A stretch of DNA of 64,000 nucleotides from Salpingoeca rosetta. Its lineage: Eukaryota > Protista > Choanoflagellata. Shown piece after piece: positions 32,189 to 62,896 of the stretch. The stretch spans positions 449,437-513,436 of the forward strand of contig JAWQFM010000010.1 of assembly GCA_033442325.1 (NCBI GenBank), in the 5' to 3' direction. The stretch's first letter is position 1, and each line of letters begins with the position of its first letter. Position numbers and translations under genes: made by a program. The notes under the pieces were generated by a model, which saw only the letters and a list, made by a program, of their open reading frames with translations, searched no databases and was not told where the DNA came from.

Positions 32189-32438
32189 ATGAGTGCAGTC
32201 GCCAAGGCAGCAACAAACACGAGCGCGCCCGAGAGCAAGATCAGCAGCACAGGAAGCACAGCGCCAGGCCAGGACCAGCCCCACCGTCAGAAGCACACCA
32301 AACCCCGCCAAACACAGCGCACACAAGTACAGAGTCAGCCGACCGCCACTGCCTCCACACAGCACTCGCAGTTGCCTCAGCAGCAGCGGCTGCGGCTTCA
32401 CCAGGCCCACCCTTCAACAACAACAACAACAACAACAA

Positions 32439-32470
<32 letters not shown>

Positions 32471-33080
32471 GCAGCTAACGACTTGTTCGATCCAACAGCT
32501 CTCAACCAGCTCATCCAGGAATATCAGCAGGAACAGCTGCAGCACTTTCTACTCCCGCACACGTTTCCACCCTACTTGCAACCACCCCCAACGTTCGGTA
32601 TGAGCAACGGCCCACCACCAGTCATGCCCACAACAGCCGGCGTCATGGGCTCAGCCGAGACGAAGGCTGGCCCTGATCAACCGCGCGACAAGGCCAGTCC
32701 CGCCGTCACCACGGGTGTTGTTTCCACCATTCCTGGCACTGCGGGTGTTGTGAGCAGACGCAAACCCAAGAATGGCTCAGGCATGGACATGGCCATACCA
32801 TCGACACACCCAGGCCTATCTGCTGTCACGCTTGCGCCTGGCCTTCCCCTCGGCATGCCTGCCATGGCTGCGACATCGGCAACCATGCCACCTCTGCCAC
32901 ACTTCACAGCCGCTTCATCCGACCCATCCGTGTCCATGATGATGGACCCACGCGCCCAGTTCAACCCAGCATACGCCGCCTCCCTTTACAACCCAATGCT
33001 CAGGCAACAGGCTGCCATGCTCCAACAACAGCAGCAGCAACTGCAGCAGATTCAACATCTGCAACAGCAGCAGCAACTCC

Positions 33081-33123
<43 letters not shown>

Positions 33124-34524
33124 GCCAATGTCGCAACCACTTTCCAAGTCGCAGCCCGTGCAGCAGAAGATGTCCGCCGCACGTATCTCCCAGAAACAGC
33201 AACAGAAACAGCAGCGACTCCAACAACAGTCTGTGGCAGCAACCACGCCAAAACCAACGACCGTCTCCAAGCCTGCCCCAGCGACCAAGATGCCCAACCT
33301 GCAACCTCAACAGCAGGCTTCAAAGCGCGCCAAACTCGAGCCAGGTGTGTCTCTGCAACATTCTTGACAAGGGGTGATCACAGGGAGCCGGTGCTCGACG
33401 GTAGTAGTGATGTGGCCGCACTGGCGAGATGCCTGTCTGTCTGTCTGCAGGGGTTTGTGCACCATGTGTCGTGTGCCATCGACGCACAAATTCACTTGCG
33501 ACAAACAAAACGCACGCACGCACGCACGCACGCACCTTTACACACATGCACATGTGTTTCCACGTGCATCGATGTATGTGATCGTATCCTCACTCACCCC
33601 TCCTCGTGCTGTCTTTGTTGCAGGCGCACCTTCTCGCGCGTCATCGGCCGAGCACCCCGCCCTGTCTGGCAAGCCGTCCGCTGCTGCACCAGAGGGTGTT
33701 ACTCGCCTCTCGCCACGGTTAGTCAGAGCGTGCGATGTTTTGCTCGGTCCTTGGCAAAGCTAAGGTCTACGCGGCCTGCAGGCGGTGTCACGATGCTGTG
33801 TTGTTAGGAGAGGTGCGGGTGTGACGCCACGTCGTAATGCAAGTCATCGTTAACCTGGATGTGCTTCAAGTGTAAACAATGCTTCTGAACGCCTGCTCAC
33901 GTGCACCCACCAATTTTTGTCGCGCAATTTAACACCGCAGGGACAAGCAGGAGATCATCGCGATGGCTTCCGCATCTGCGGCGCTCAACGCGTCCAATTA
34001 CGCCACTAGTGTGTGCCAGAAGCTGTTGACAGAGATGTCGTCTCGCCTTGCTCGAGCAGCCGCCACGAGCAGTGGAGACAGCAACGATGCCAGCACCCAG
34101 GCACTTGGTCTCGCCGGCCAAATCATTCGCGTACGTCATTGGTGGTGTTGTTCTTGTTGTTCTTGTTGTATCAGGTGATGCATGCTCACACAGGGCTTGC
34201 CATCTGCCAACTACGAATCACACCAAATCTGCCACCTCTGTGACTCACACCATCTCTCATGTGCATTGACTGGTGCAGTTGAACGTGGGCGGCACGGTGT
34301 TTGCCACCACACAGTCCACCCTCAACCGTGTTCCCGGCAGTCTTCTCTCCCTCATCGCCATTCCCAATGCACCTGTAAGTTCATCAAGTCTGTCGTGCGT
34401 GACACACAACCGTGCGTTCTCATGTTACTCCCTTTCCTGTCCACAGCTCAACGCCGAGAAACACACATTTGGCAGTAGTATCTGCTTGCCCCCACTCCAA
34501 CACACGACCACGCTCACACTTTCA

Positions 34525-34582
<58 letters not shown>

Positions 34583-36133
34583 CACACATGTGACACTTTC
34601 CCTTCTCGCCCCCCCCCCCAACACCCCTTTTGGCTCCTTGCCTGCCTCCTTGTGAAGGTTGCGCGCGATCCGGAGGGAAACCCCTTCCTCGACCGAAACC
34701 CGCGGTGGTTCCAGCTCATTCTGGACGCTCTTCGCGAGCCAAACTACCCACCCAACCTCCCACTCGGCAACCCGCACTTCCAGCGCGAACTCGAGTACTA
34801 CGGTCTCCTCCACGTGTTTGTGGCGCCAGAACAGTATTGCATCACGCCGCTTGCTCTCGCCGGGCCCACCCACCCGCTCAAACCGCAACGCGAGCACAAG
34901 CAGCTCACCCACGGCAACGGCGACAGCAATACCAACAGCAACAGCGATGCCGACGGTGCCACGCGTGCACTGGAGGCGGGCCCAAGCTCTGCTGCGTCAA
35001 CCGACGATGACGTGCAGGAAATCACTTCAACGGCACTGGCCAAGGTGGGCGCACCGTCCACTCACAGCGGCAGCAACTCGCTCGTGCGGGCATCACCAAG
35101 CATCGCCCCTTCAACACGCACGACAGCAGTGGGCGGCTTGACCGGCAGCGACGCGTCCCTGGAGAAGCTGGTTGTGGTTGGTGGCTTTGACGACACAGCA
35201 CCCTATAAGTACCTGCGCACGGCCGAGGCGTACAACCCCGACACAGACGAGTGGGAGCCGCTCAGCGACATGTTCTGGGACCGCTCGCACTCTGGCGTGC
35301 TCACACACGGCCACAACCTGTATGTGCTTGGCGGCCGCAACGAGCGCCCCGATGGCGTGGTTGGCAACTTCAACGCGTCGCGGCAGACGTGGCAGGAGGC
35401 TGTCGACATGCTGCTGCCCGTGTCCGTGTTTGCGGCCGGGTTTGCCGTCGTGCGCGGGAAGATGTTGCTGATTGGCGGCTGTTACGAGGCTGGCAGCGAC
35501 GGGAAGGCGGAGCGCGTGTCGAACCGCGTGTTCGAGTACCCTCTCGACCCTGCCCGCCACTTCTCGTCCAACATCAAGGCGCAGTGGACGCAGGCGTCGG
35601 CCAACCTGTCCACCGCCCGCGGCCGCCACCAGTGCGCCGTGCTGCGCGGAAAGGTGTATGCGATTGGGGGCGTCGACGCGTTTGGGCAGGTGCTCAGCAG
35701 CGTGGAGCGGTACGATGCAGCCACGGACAAGTGGGTGGAGGTTGCACCCCTGCCGCTGCCGCGCCGCGACTTTGGGTGTACGGTTGCTGATGGCTGCATC
35801 TTTGTGATTGGTGGCGCCGACACGAGGGTCGGCCAGCGGTCCGGGCCCGTGTGTCTCAACACGGTGTTCTGCTACACGCCGGCGACCAACACGTGGGAAG
35901 AGCTGCCCTCCATGCAGCACTCGCGCCAGGGCCTCACGTGCTCGCTGCTTGGTGGAAAGATTTATGCCATTGGCGGCAGCCAGACGGATGAGTCACACAA
36001 GGGGCACACCGCCAACAGGCTCAAGGTTGTGGAGCGTTTTGACATCAACACGCAGACGTGGGAGCCTGTGGCAGACATGACGGCCCGCCGCGCCTACCCA
36101 GGCTCCGGTGTTGTTCAGTCCATGGGCGCATGA
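32189..36133 (+). CDS. Gln/Pro-rich N-terminus + KCTD/T1-type BTB domain + Kelch beta-propeller
   Basis: Exons 32189-33344, 33624-33717, 33941-34130, 34279-34374, 34658-36133. BTB: IIRLNVGGTVFATTQSTL...FLDRNPRWFQLILDALR...RELEYYGL. About six Kelch repeats with GG...Y...W, e.g. VYAIGGVD...VERYDAATDKW. Confidence 0.9.
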
Positions 36134-36139
36134 TGCCGG

Positions 36140-36200
<61 letters not shown>
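36140..36200. repeat. (GAT)n microsatellite just downstream of the BTB-Kelch stop codon
   Basis: Pure trinucleotide run visible in the sequence. Confidence 0.95.
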
Positions 36201-36780
36201 AAAAGTGGTTTTTGTCTGTGGTGGTGCTGTCGATGATGTTGGTGGTGATGATTCAGCCGTGATTTATCTCTCTGACGTGACACGTGCAAAGGAACACAAT
36301 TCTACAACTGGTTTACGCCCTGATTGCCAGGCTGTATTTGCTCCCCTCTCCCCTTGTGCATCACCAAGTTATTCTCGCATTCTGACGTGGTGCTTGCAGC
36401 CACCGAGTGGGTATGTGCCCCTTTTCATATTCATGTTTCTCTCCTCCTCCTTCCCCCATTGCGTGTTCAGTTGAGCCATTCAGTCTTGTGGCTTGTTTAT
36501 GTGTGTGCCGTGCAACAGCTGAACTGTTTGCGGAGAGACTGCGTTTGTAACACCATCACGATTACATTCCACATATAACGAGCAACTTGCGGCCAGAACG
36601 TGTTGAAACCTTCCTTGTGGTGAGGGTTGTGACAATCGAAGCCCAGTGCAGGCCAAGCAAGCACGGACATGTGATGTGATGCACACGCTGCTGTGCGTTT
36701 CGTGCACACAACAGTACAGGGTGAACACAGCCGCACTCAAGTCAAATGGGAACGAGCGGTGGATGTGCATGTGGGGACGC

Positions 36781-42141
<5,361 letters not shown>

Positions 42142-42610
42142 CGTTGTCACCCGTCGTCGTTGTAGAGGAATTGCTGTATTTTCTACTATTTTTCGTATTG
42201 CCAACGGCGCACCTGCGAGTGTCACGCCTTTTGATTTGAGGAGTCAGGGTTGCGGCTGTCCACATTGAGGCCGACACAAGTGTGGAGTGTGGGAAGGGAA
42301 AGGACACACCTCACACACGCACGCACACACACACACACACACTGACATACATCAATTACCACGTCAGAGAGGAACACCATTCAGCAAGCCGACACATACA
42401 CACAAATAGGATTGATTCGGTTGTGTGGTGGCGGCTGTGCTTTGGCGCATGCGCATTCATTATTGGTTCGCAAGCAAGCAAGCGACTGGGGTGACAGTGC
42501 GTGTGGTGTGTGAAGGCATTTCGCTGAGCGCGTGAGTGAGTGAGTGAGTGAGTGAGTGAGTGAGTGATATACAACAGCCCAAGCCTGCCCCCTCGTTATT
42601 CGTGGCCACC

Positions 42611-46338
<3,728 letters not shown>

Positions 46339-46344
46339 CAGTCC

Positions 46345-46404
<60 letters not shown>

Positions 46405-46537
46405 TGTTGCCTGTCCCGTCACAACTCTGTTCATTTTCATTGATCCCTTGCTAACAAGTCATGTGATTGCGGTCCAGCGCGTGTATAAACAAACCAATCC
46501 ATTGAGCTACTTGCCCCCTCCCCTTCACCTTGGAACC

Positions 46538-46604
<67 letters not shown>

Positions 46605-46836
46605 CGCCCTATGACTTTGTATGGGCACCCTGGTTCTAAAACCCTCTTGTCGCCATTTCGCTCCTCCTTCCACTTTTCTGTCTTTGGTGTATGAATGAAA
46701 TGACATTATGACGATGATGTGATTGTTGCACACACATACATAAACACACACACACACACATCCACGCAGAAACACACATACCCGCACACATACCCGCACA
46801 CATACCCGCACACACACACACGTGCGCATACGAGCC

Positions 46837-54251
<7,415 letters not shown>

Positions 54252-55404
54252 CACCACACCAGAGAGGGAATGGCAACCGTGGCGTTGGTGTTGGTGTTGG
54301 TGTTGGTGGTGTCGGCTGCGTGGGGAAAGTGACAAGATGTGACACGTGCCACGGTGTGCTTTGTTCACAAGCAAGTTGTCAGGGGCGAACTGAGGAATAA
54401 ACGCGTTTGAAAGCAGGCGTGCATCAACAATGTGCACGTGCGTTGGCGTGCGACATCTATCACATAGTCACATCATTTCATGCACGATGTAAGTCTGAGC
54501 ATTTACAACTACATGTGCCTTTCTCAGCAAGCCGCTGCACAACAGCCCTCCTGTGCTCTCTTTGAAGACGTGTGATGATGCAACTACACGATACAATCAT
54601 GGCGCTTTGGTAGTGCGTGGACGACAACACTGGCGTGTACTGAGCGGTGTATGCGAGTAAACAGCTCCAAGCAAAACGAAAGGAGAATGCGAACGAACAG
54701 AGGGTGGCACTGGCGGTGAACGTGGGAGCAGCACGCACATGCACGCACACACACACACATGCACATATGCATGCGCAATGCGGGCTTGTTGGCTGATCAC
54801 AAGCAACGCAGCCCACCAGCACAACGGGTGCCAACGCCACAACACCGTGGAAACAGCACCGCAAGAACAGGGGTGACAACACCGCATGCAGCACACACGT
54901 ACACGGCGAAGTCACAACAAGAGAAGGAGCGTGTCAGCAACCAAAGGCGAGATGCGACGTGAGGTGACATGTGACATGGGAAAAATGACAAACGATAACG
55001 ACCACAACCGCTGCAGTGACAAGGAACAACAAGTTGGAAAACACAGCATGAGCAGGTGAGACACAGACAAGATGCAGGGCAACGACGCTGGTGAAACGCA
55101 GAGAGAGAGAGAGAGAGCAAGCAAATGAGGACAGCAAGTAATGGGACCCAGCAATTGATCGGTGTGAACGCACGAGGGAACATAAAATCGTAGTGATAGT
55201 GCTCAAAATTGACACCACAATGTGGAGGCTGTAAAGGGAAAGGGGAAAGGAGCTCCGAATGCGTTGGGCAGGGACAACGACAAGGGATTGGTGTCGTTGT
55301 TGTTGTTGTTCTTCTTGTTGTCGCTTTGTTGTTGGGAGGAGGGAGTGAACATGGGGGGGGGGAAGAGAAAAAAAAAGGGCGAGGGTTTGTTGTTGGGCAT
55401 GAGC

Positions 55405-56470
55405 TCAGAAGCCAACGAAAGTGTCGCCAAACTTGTCTGTGCCCTGGCCGTGCCAGCGCACAGGCTCCTCCGGGTACGTGTCAAAGTTCCTGCAGTCTCC
55501 AGGGCCGGTCACCTGTCGTGACATTGGTGCGCAGTCAGGGCGGGGGAGGGGAGTGTGAGGTGAGAAGGGGAAGACAAGAGAGTGTGTGTGTGTGTATGTG
55601 TGCGCGCGAGAGTATGTGCGTGCGTGCGTGTCTGTGTGTGATTGATGCTGCTTTGATAAGCAAAGATGTCATAACACCACACGCCGTGTGCCACAGCGGT
55701 GAATTCCACCATCCACAGCCGCAGTCCACGACCAAAAGCGCAGGGACGAAAGCACCTTTGGAATGTAGGGGGAGATGGCGGTTTGGGAGTAGAGCGAGTC
55801 CCAGTCGATCTTGGCAAAGTAAGGGTGGCCCTTGATGTCGTCGACACCAGCGTGCATGTTCCCCAGGCGGCGCGTCAGGTCAACCTGAACACACACACAC
55901 ACACACGCACACACGCGATGAAGTGGTGGAAGCACGGGTGAAACAACAAAAGGGAAGGGGGTGGGAGTTGGTGAATTGTACGTGAGTGAAGGCAGACAGA
56001 CGTGTGAACACGAGAGCATACAGTCTTTGTGTGTGCAGAGTTTGCAAAAAAGGTCGACTGAAGCAAGATGCGCACATGCACACCAAACGCATGCATAGAT
56101 GCACAATCAGGCGCAATCAACCACGCACGCGCACCTGGAGCAGGCCGTTGATGAAGGACTTCTCGTTGTCTGTGAACCCGCTGGGAAACTTGAAGTCGCG
56201 CTTTGTGATCCTCTTGAACATTTCCATCTGGGAGCGAGACTCAAATGGGGAGCGGCCGCAACGCATCTCGTATGTCAGCACACCGACGGCCCACCAGTCC
56301 ACGGCGTGGCTGTAGCCTGATTGGTTGGGTTGTTTGGGTTGATTGTTTGGGTTGGGTTGGTGTTGGTGGTGGCGGGCAGGGAGTAATGCGAGTGAGTGTG
56401 AATGTGAGTGGACGCAGATGACGCATGCCTGAGCAGCGAGAGCAGGAGAAATAGCCAATGCACACGCAAG

Positions 56471-56503
<33 letters not shown>

Positions 56504-57060
56504 ACACACACACACACAAAACAAAACAACATCAAAGCTACGTTGCTTGGGGTGTGACCTTTGTTGACGATAATCTCTGGTGCGAGGTACTCGGGCGTGC
56601 CGCACATGGTCCAGGTCTTGTCCTCCACGCGCTTCGCAAAGCCAAAGTCTGATGTGATCGACGACAGACAAATGAGCCACAGGTTGGGGTGGGGTGTGAA
56701 GTGTGAGGTGCGAGGTGTAAGGTTTGAGGTGTGAGGCTAGACGCCTGAAATGGGGTATGCAGACAACACAGAACGACAACAAGAAAACAAAAATGAAGCA
56801 CGAAGGTCTTCCCGCAACATCACGAGATGACACCCTGCGACCTCTCACCACAGCCACCAAGTTCACCCACCACCACCCATCAGCAGCATGACCGCAAAGA
56901 TCATCAATCACCACCGCACCTGTGACGCGGATGTGGCCGCGGTGGTCAATGAGCATGTTCTCGGGCTTGAGGTCGCGGAAAATGACGTCCAGGTTGTGCA
57001 GATACTCAAACGCCAGCACCGTCTCAGCAGCAAAGAAGCGCGTCTGCACACGCGCGTTAC

Positions 57061-57135
<75 letters not shown>

Positions 57136-58771
57136 CAAAGAAAGAGGGTGAGTGCTGTGTTGCGAAGGTTCTTGCAACCCAACGCCACTGAAGCCAAGAC
57201 CACGCCGTGTGCTTGAGAAATCAATGCCAGCAATGTCACCCACACCACACCATACAGCCACAACACATTGCATTGCAATTCCACTGCACCTGCTCCTCAG
57301 AGAAACGACGTTTGCGCTGCTTTTGGATGTGCGTAAACATCTCACCACCGTTGACAAACTCAAGCACAAAGTACAGGCACTAGCATCGTACGCGCATGAC
57401 AGCGGGCGTGAGGTTACTCGTGCAAACTTATGTAACTGTGCGTGTGTAACTGTGTGTGCATCATATCGCATGGGTGACAGTGACATTGGCATCCTACTCG
57501 TACACAACAGCACACACACACATGTACACACGCATCACATGCACACACATGTACACACGCATTCCGCCCTTTTGGTTTCTCTGTGCGTCACACCGCACCT
57601 TGACGTCTTGGAAGTAGTCGTAGAGGGTAACAACGAATCGGCAGTCGATGCAGAAGAGAATGTTCTTCTCGTTGATCGTGTGTTCAACCTGAGACACACA
57701 CAAACACACGCAAAAAGATGTAACGGTGAGGAAAAGGGTGATTGTGTGAGTGTGTGTTCAAGCAGGCACGCGACGTCTGACACTGAGTGAGTGAGTGAGT
57801 GTGTGTGTGTGTGCTTGCTTCATCCTCGTCCATGCAATACGATGTCCAATCGACAAGCAATCAAGCGCGCGCACATACGCACACACACTGTCTCTCACCC
57901 ACCCACCCACCCATTACCCAACAGGGCTCACGTCACGACACCTGTCTGGTCTTGATGACGCGGTCCTTGTTGATGATTTTGACGGCCTTGTAGTCGTCAC
58001 GCACGACGTTGCCGCTCTTGTCCTTCGACTGCGCCAACAACACGCGGCCAAACGAGCCTGTGCCAAGCGTTCGGCTGATCGAGAAGTCATGCAGTGTCTG
58101 CAGATACAAGATACAACAGCAACAGCGTGCCATGTGCACGAAACATCCATGCAACAAGATGGCAGGTGTTGTCAGGTGAGAGTGTTGCAGCGCATCCTTG
58201 CATGTAATCAAACAAGCAAACCTTCACGTGCATCTGTTCTCCGTCAGCACTGTTCACTTGCATCCATTCCCTGCCCCTCCCCTCATTTGCCACTGCTTCT
58301 GGTGGTCGCTCAAGCGCTCGCATACACCCACAAGCCACTGAATAAGCGCTTGAGCGTGCGTGCATGCACGCATATGCAAACACACACACACCAGCACGTC
58401 AAACAGATGGCGTGTACCTTTTCACTGACGTAGCCTGATGCCAGCTTCTTCAACCTTGCCTCAAACGCTGCGCGCTCTTTCTTCTTCCGGCTCTCTTTGG
58501 TTGCCTGTGTGCAAGCATGCGCGCGAGCGTGGCGTTGTCAGGATCAGGGGCAAGTGCGCACGGCAGCGAGGAGTGCGGCAACAGCAGCCAAAGGAACGTA
58601 CAGGCAACCATTCAGCATGTACTATGCTGTCGACGTCCAAACACAAGCAGGGGGTGGGGGCAAACAAATGATGGGTTCGTGCGGTCAACATACGCGGCGA
58701 TATGGACGAATCTCAAGATCGCCCTTCATCTTGGAGGAGCCCTCCTTCTTTGCGCGGCGCTTGGCAAACAT
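55405..58771 (-). CDS. PRKAC: cAMP-dependent protein kinase catalytic subunit (PKA-C-like AGC kinase)
   Basis: [107 protein letters not shown] and C-terminal FxxF (FVGF*). First coding exon is [26 protein letters not shown]. Confidence 0.92.
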
Positions 58772-59600
58772 GCTGTTAAAAGTGTACGTGTGCATATGCG
58801 TATGTGAGTGAATGTATGTGTGTGTGTGTGTGAGTCAGTGTGTGTCAGTGTGTGTGTGTGTGTGTGTGTGTGTGAGGGAGGCAGGATGCAACCGAGGTGC
58901 GTGCGTGAAGAGGAGAGCAATGCGGTTTGTGCAAGGGGTGCGTGGGTGCGCAACGACACACACACACGTACACACAGGCGCACACCCACGAACATCAACA
59001 CACCGGTGATGATGACGTGCAGCAGCACACTCACTCACAGCAGCACACTCTCACAATGATAGAGTATGTTTGTTTGCTAGTCAGACCTGACGACGACGGT
59101 AGTTGGTGCCAGACGGGGTTAGTCGAGCCAACGATCAGCACAAACCGAGGACCACTGAATGGCAACAACATGTGATGTGACGGAAGAGGGGATCGGAAGA
59201 CGTTGAGCGCACGAAGAAGTGTCGAGTCGGACACGACGGTGATCGGCTGCAGTGATGCAGGTGGTGGGTGGGCGACTACTGGAACGCAAACCGGGAACGG
59301 TTCCCGTCACACACCACAAAGAGAACAATCAACAAGTGGCTAGCAAGCAAGCAGCCCTCCAACAACAAACGGAGGACCCACCCACCTGTGGATCGAGTCA
59401 CAGCAACTATGCAGGGGCGAGGGAGGGGGGGGTTTCGGCAGATCACTCGCGTCGCGAGACAGCTGGCGATGATCAACGAATCCACACGCAGACAGACAAG
59501 ACAGAGACAAAGCGAGAGGAGGAGGCGGAGCAGGAGCAACCGCACACAAGCGTACACAGTTCAAGTGGGAGGCAGGCAAGCAGGGGTGGAGTGGAGTCGC

Positions 59601-59648
<48 letters not shown>

Positions 59649-59888
59649 CCTTAACAGCCAGCGAATAACAACAAAGGAATGTGAGGACGCAGAATTTTTT
59701 ATTTTTTCCTGTGGGCCATTTCGGTTGAGCCAGAATGTTTGTAAAGATACACTGCAATTTTCTGTGTCAGTGGCTGGTACGAAACCGTTTTTGTTGTTGT
59801 TGGGTGTGGTGGTTGTTGTGTGTGTGTGCTCTGTTGTGTGTGTGTGTGTGTATGTGTGTGTGTGTGTGTGTGTGCTGTGTTGTGTGTG

Positions 59889-59923
<35 letters not shown>

Positions 59924-60150
59924 TGGACCTTCTTGCTTGCTTGCTTGCTTGACTTGAACTGCTTGGCTGATTTCTGGGAGAGCATTTATTGTCGTAAGAA
60001 CATGTGGTTGAATGTATGTATGTGCTCTGTTTTGTGGGTGTGTTGCGCGAGCTGTGTGACATGCGCCACTGCTGCGAGATGCTGCTGCTGTACAGCGCTG
60101 TTGTACTTGCATTTGTTGCTGGCTTGCATGCATGCAAGCACGCATGCATC

Positions 60151-60204
<54 letters not shown>

Positions 60205-60222
60205 TGTGTGCGTGGCTCACGC

Positions 60223-61116
60223 TCAGAGGAATTCGCGGTAGGTGGCGGGCGCCCGTTTTGCACGCCTGTCAGCAGCAACAAGGAGGGGGGGGGAGGGGAG
60301 TGGGGTGGCATATCAGTGTGTGTGTATGTGTGTACGTGTGTGTATGTGTGTGTGTGTGTGTACGTGTGTGTATGTGTGCGTTGCGGCAAGATGATGATGC
60401 ACAAGCAATCACAACCACAACAAGCAGCGAGTCTGCATCCGCAAATCACTCAAACAACAAGCACGGTGCGGTTACATGGGTTGCGCACCTGTGTGACCAC
60501 GCCGCCCAGATGCCCACAAACTGTGATGACAAACCACAAACGCGTGTGAGAATGAGTGAGTGAGTGTGCATTCGTGCATGCTACCAAGCAAGGAAAGGTG
60601 GAAACAGAAAGCAAAGCACAAGCAACATCACCCAGCACCTTTCCTCCTCACACACACTCTCTCACTCACACACACACACTCTCTCTCTCCTCTCTCACTC
60701 TCTCACACACACACACACTCTCTCTCTCACACACTCACACACACTCTCTCTCTCACTCTCTCTCACTCTCTCTCACACACACTCTCACACACTCACTCAC
60801 ACACTCACACACACTCTCTCTCACTCTCTCAAACACACTCTCTCACACACACACACACTCACTCAAACACACACACACACACTCTCTCTCTTTCTCTCTC
60901 TCTGCCCTGCTGCCGTGGCATAAGCAGCAGGTCGAGAAGAAGAAGAAGCACAGCGCACCATGGTGAAAGCAAACGTGAGGCCAACACCGCCACCAGTGTT
61001 CAGCACACGCTGCAAATTTGGCTTGAGCTTGTCGAAACACCCTTCGCACTGGTCCGTTGGCGCCTTCTTCGCAGGCTTGTCCGGCGTGCACTGGGCAGTC
61101 ACGCATCCTGTGACCG

Positions 61117-61160
<44 letters not shown>

Positions 61161-62311
61161 GTTGTGCGTGCGAGTGAGAGTAGTTGTGTGTGAGTGAGTG
61201 TGTGTGTGTGTGTGTGAGTAGTTGTGCTCATGTGCTCATGTGCGTGTGTATGAGGCGAAATTTGCAGTTGACGTTGGCAGGTGCACAAACAGCCGCATGT
61301 ACTGCAGAGAGGACACCGTATGCAGCAGGTGTGCGCGCTGTACGCGGCTGCTTACCACGAGGGCAGTATTCTGGCTCAAGAACGGGGCCGTAGCAGCTGT
61401 TGATGCCGGTGGTGTTGGTGTAGAAGCCAAGGCAGTCGCCGTGGCGTTGAATTTCGCCCTACAGAGCACGCAGTGACAACAGAGCATGGTTGGAACCGGC
61501 GCGAGTCGTGGCGGCGGCATGAGTGACGCTGAATTGAGATGTGGCAGGCGAGAGCAGCTGTCCGCGTCGTCTCGCACAACCAAGGACACGCGTGTGCTTG
61601 CAAGCAAGCAACAAACAAGCAGTAGCAGCAGCACAAGAAAAAGATAAACACAAAGGCAGAAGAAGGCACGCTCACACGAACACAAGCACAAACAATCAAG
61701 CAAGCATCCATGTGTAGACAACCACACAAACACACAGACACATTCAACAACAAACGCACACACGCACAACACGGGAAGATGGCGGGTGTGTACAGACCTT
61801 GGTGGCGTTTGAGCTGCCGCACCAGGCGGATTCAAGGAGGGACTGCTGCTGGGAGGAGGAGATGGAGAGGGCGGCGATGGACGAGGAAAACTGGATCAGG
61901 AACAGCAGGCCAAGCAGGATCATGTACTGCAGCGCGCGCGCACGAGAACACACCAGATTGTGAGTTTGTGGGATCGGGCCGATTCATATGTGTGTGCGTG
62001 TGTGCGCGTGTGCGTGCGTGTGTGCGCGTGTGTGTGTGTGTGTGTGTGTGTGGTGTATGTGTGGTGTATGTGTGCGTGGTGCGTGTGTGCGCGCGTGTGT
62101 GTGTGTGTGTGTGTGTATTCACCGTCACGTGAACATACACGCACGCACGCACACATGCATACGAGCACATAAGCACTCACTGCGAAGAGGATGCCGGGCT
62201 TGTTTCCAAACGTGCCGTACAGGCCGAGGAAGGCCACAAACACCAGGAGCGACCACGCAGCAATAATTCCACCTACAGCGCCAATCATGGATCGAAGATG
62301 AGACCATTAGG

Positions 62312-62344
<33 letters not shown>

Positions 62345-62784
62345 CGCACACATCCGAACACAGGAACGACAACAGCATGTGAAACATGCATGCATACATG
62401 CGACACAATGCACGGCCGATCAACCAGGAAAGCAAAAGCAAGCAGGCGAGAACGCAAGCCATTATCCCTCCCGCCGCTGCAGATGCAGCAGCATAGAACG
62501 CACCAAATGCAGGCAAGTTGACGTTCACTTTGCCCTGCGCCGTTGCCACCACAGCAATCACCATAATGCCAAGCAACTAAACCAACAACGGGCGCCAAGA
62601 TGTGAGCGGCAAGAGAGAAGCACATACACACGCACAGCCGCATCCGCACACACGCACACACACACACACAGAGCCGCACACGCACACACACACACACAGC
62701 CGCACACACCAGGTAGAGGCTGTTGATGATGAGAAGGTACACGGCCGAAGCCGGGCACGACTTCTTGTGCGTCTCCGAGGTCAT
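60223..62784 (-). CDS. TSPAN13: Tetraspanin, TSPAN13/TSPAN31-like
   Basis: Four TM segments over 8 exons: LLIINSLYL|LLGIMVIAVV; GIIAAWSLLVFVAFLGLYG; ILFA|YMILLGLLFLIQFSSSIAAL...QQQSLLESAW; GGGVGLTFAFTM|FVGIW. C-terminus RRAKRAPATYREFL*. These match the TSPAN13/31 pattern (YMIILLLVFIVQFS, GGIGLFFSFTE, ..AFL*) as recalled. Confidence 0.85.
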
Positions 62785-62896
62785 GGCGTTGCCTTCTGTG
62801 CTCGTGTGGACGTCCTCGTCTTGTCCTGCTCCTATTTGGCTGTTGTCGGTCGTTCTGTTTCGCCTGTATCCGTTTGTGTGTGCGGTTCGTGCGCAA

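Noticed and set aside
35111-35920. 269-aa minus-strand ORF
   Set aside because: Antisense shadow of the GC-rich Kelch exon, with no independent domain.
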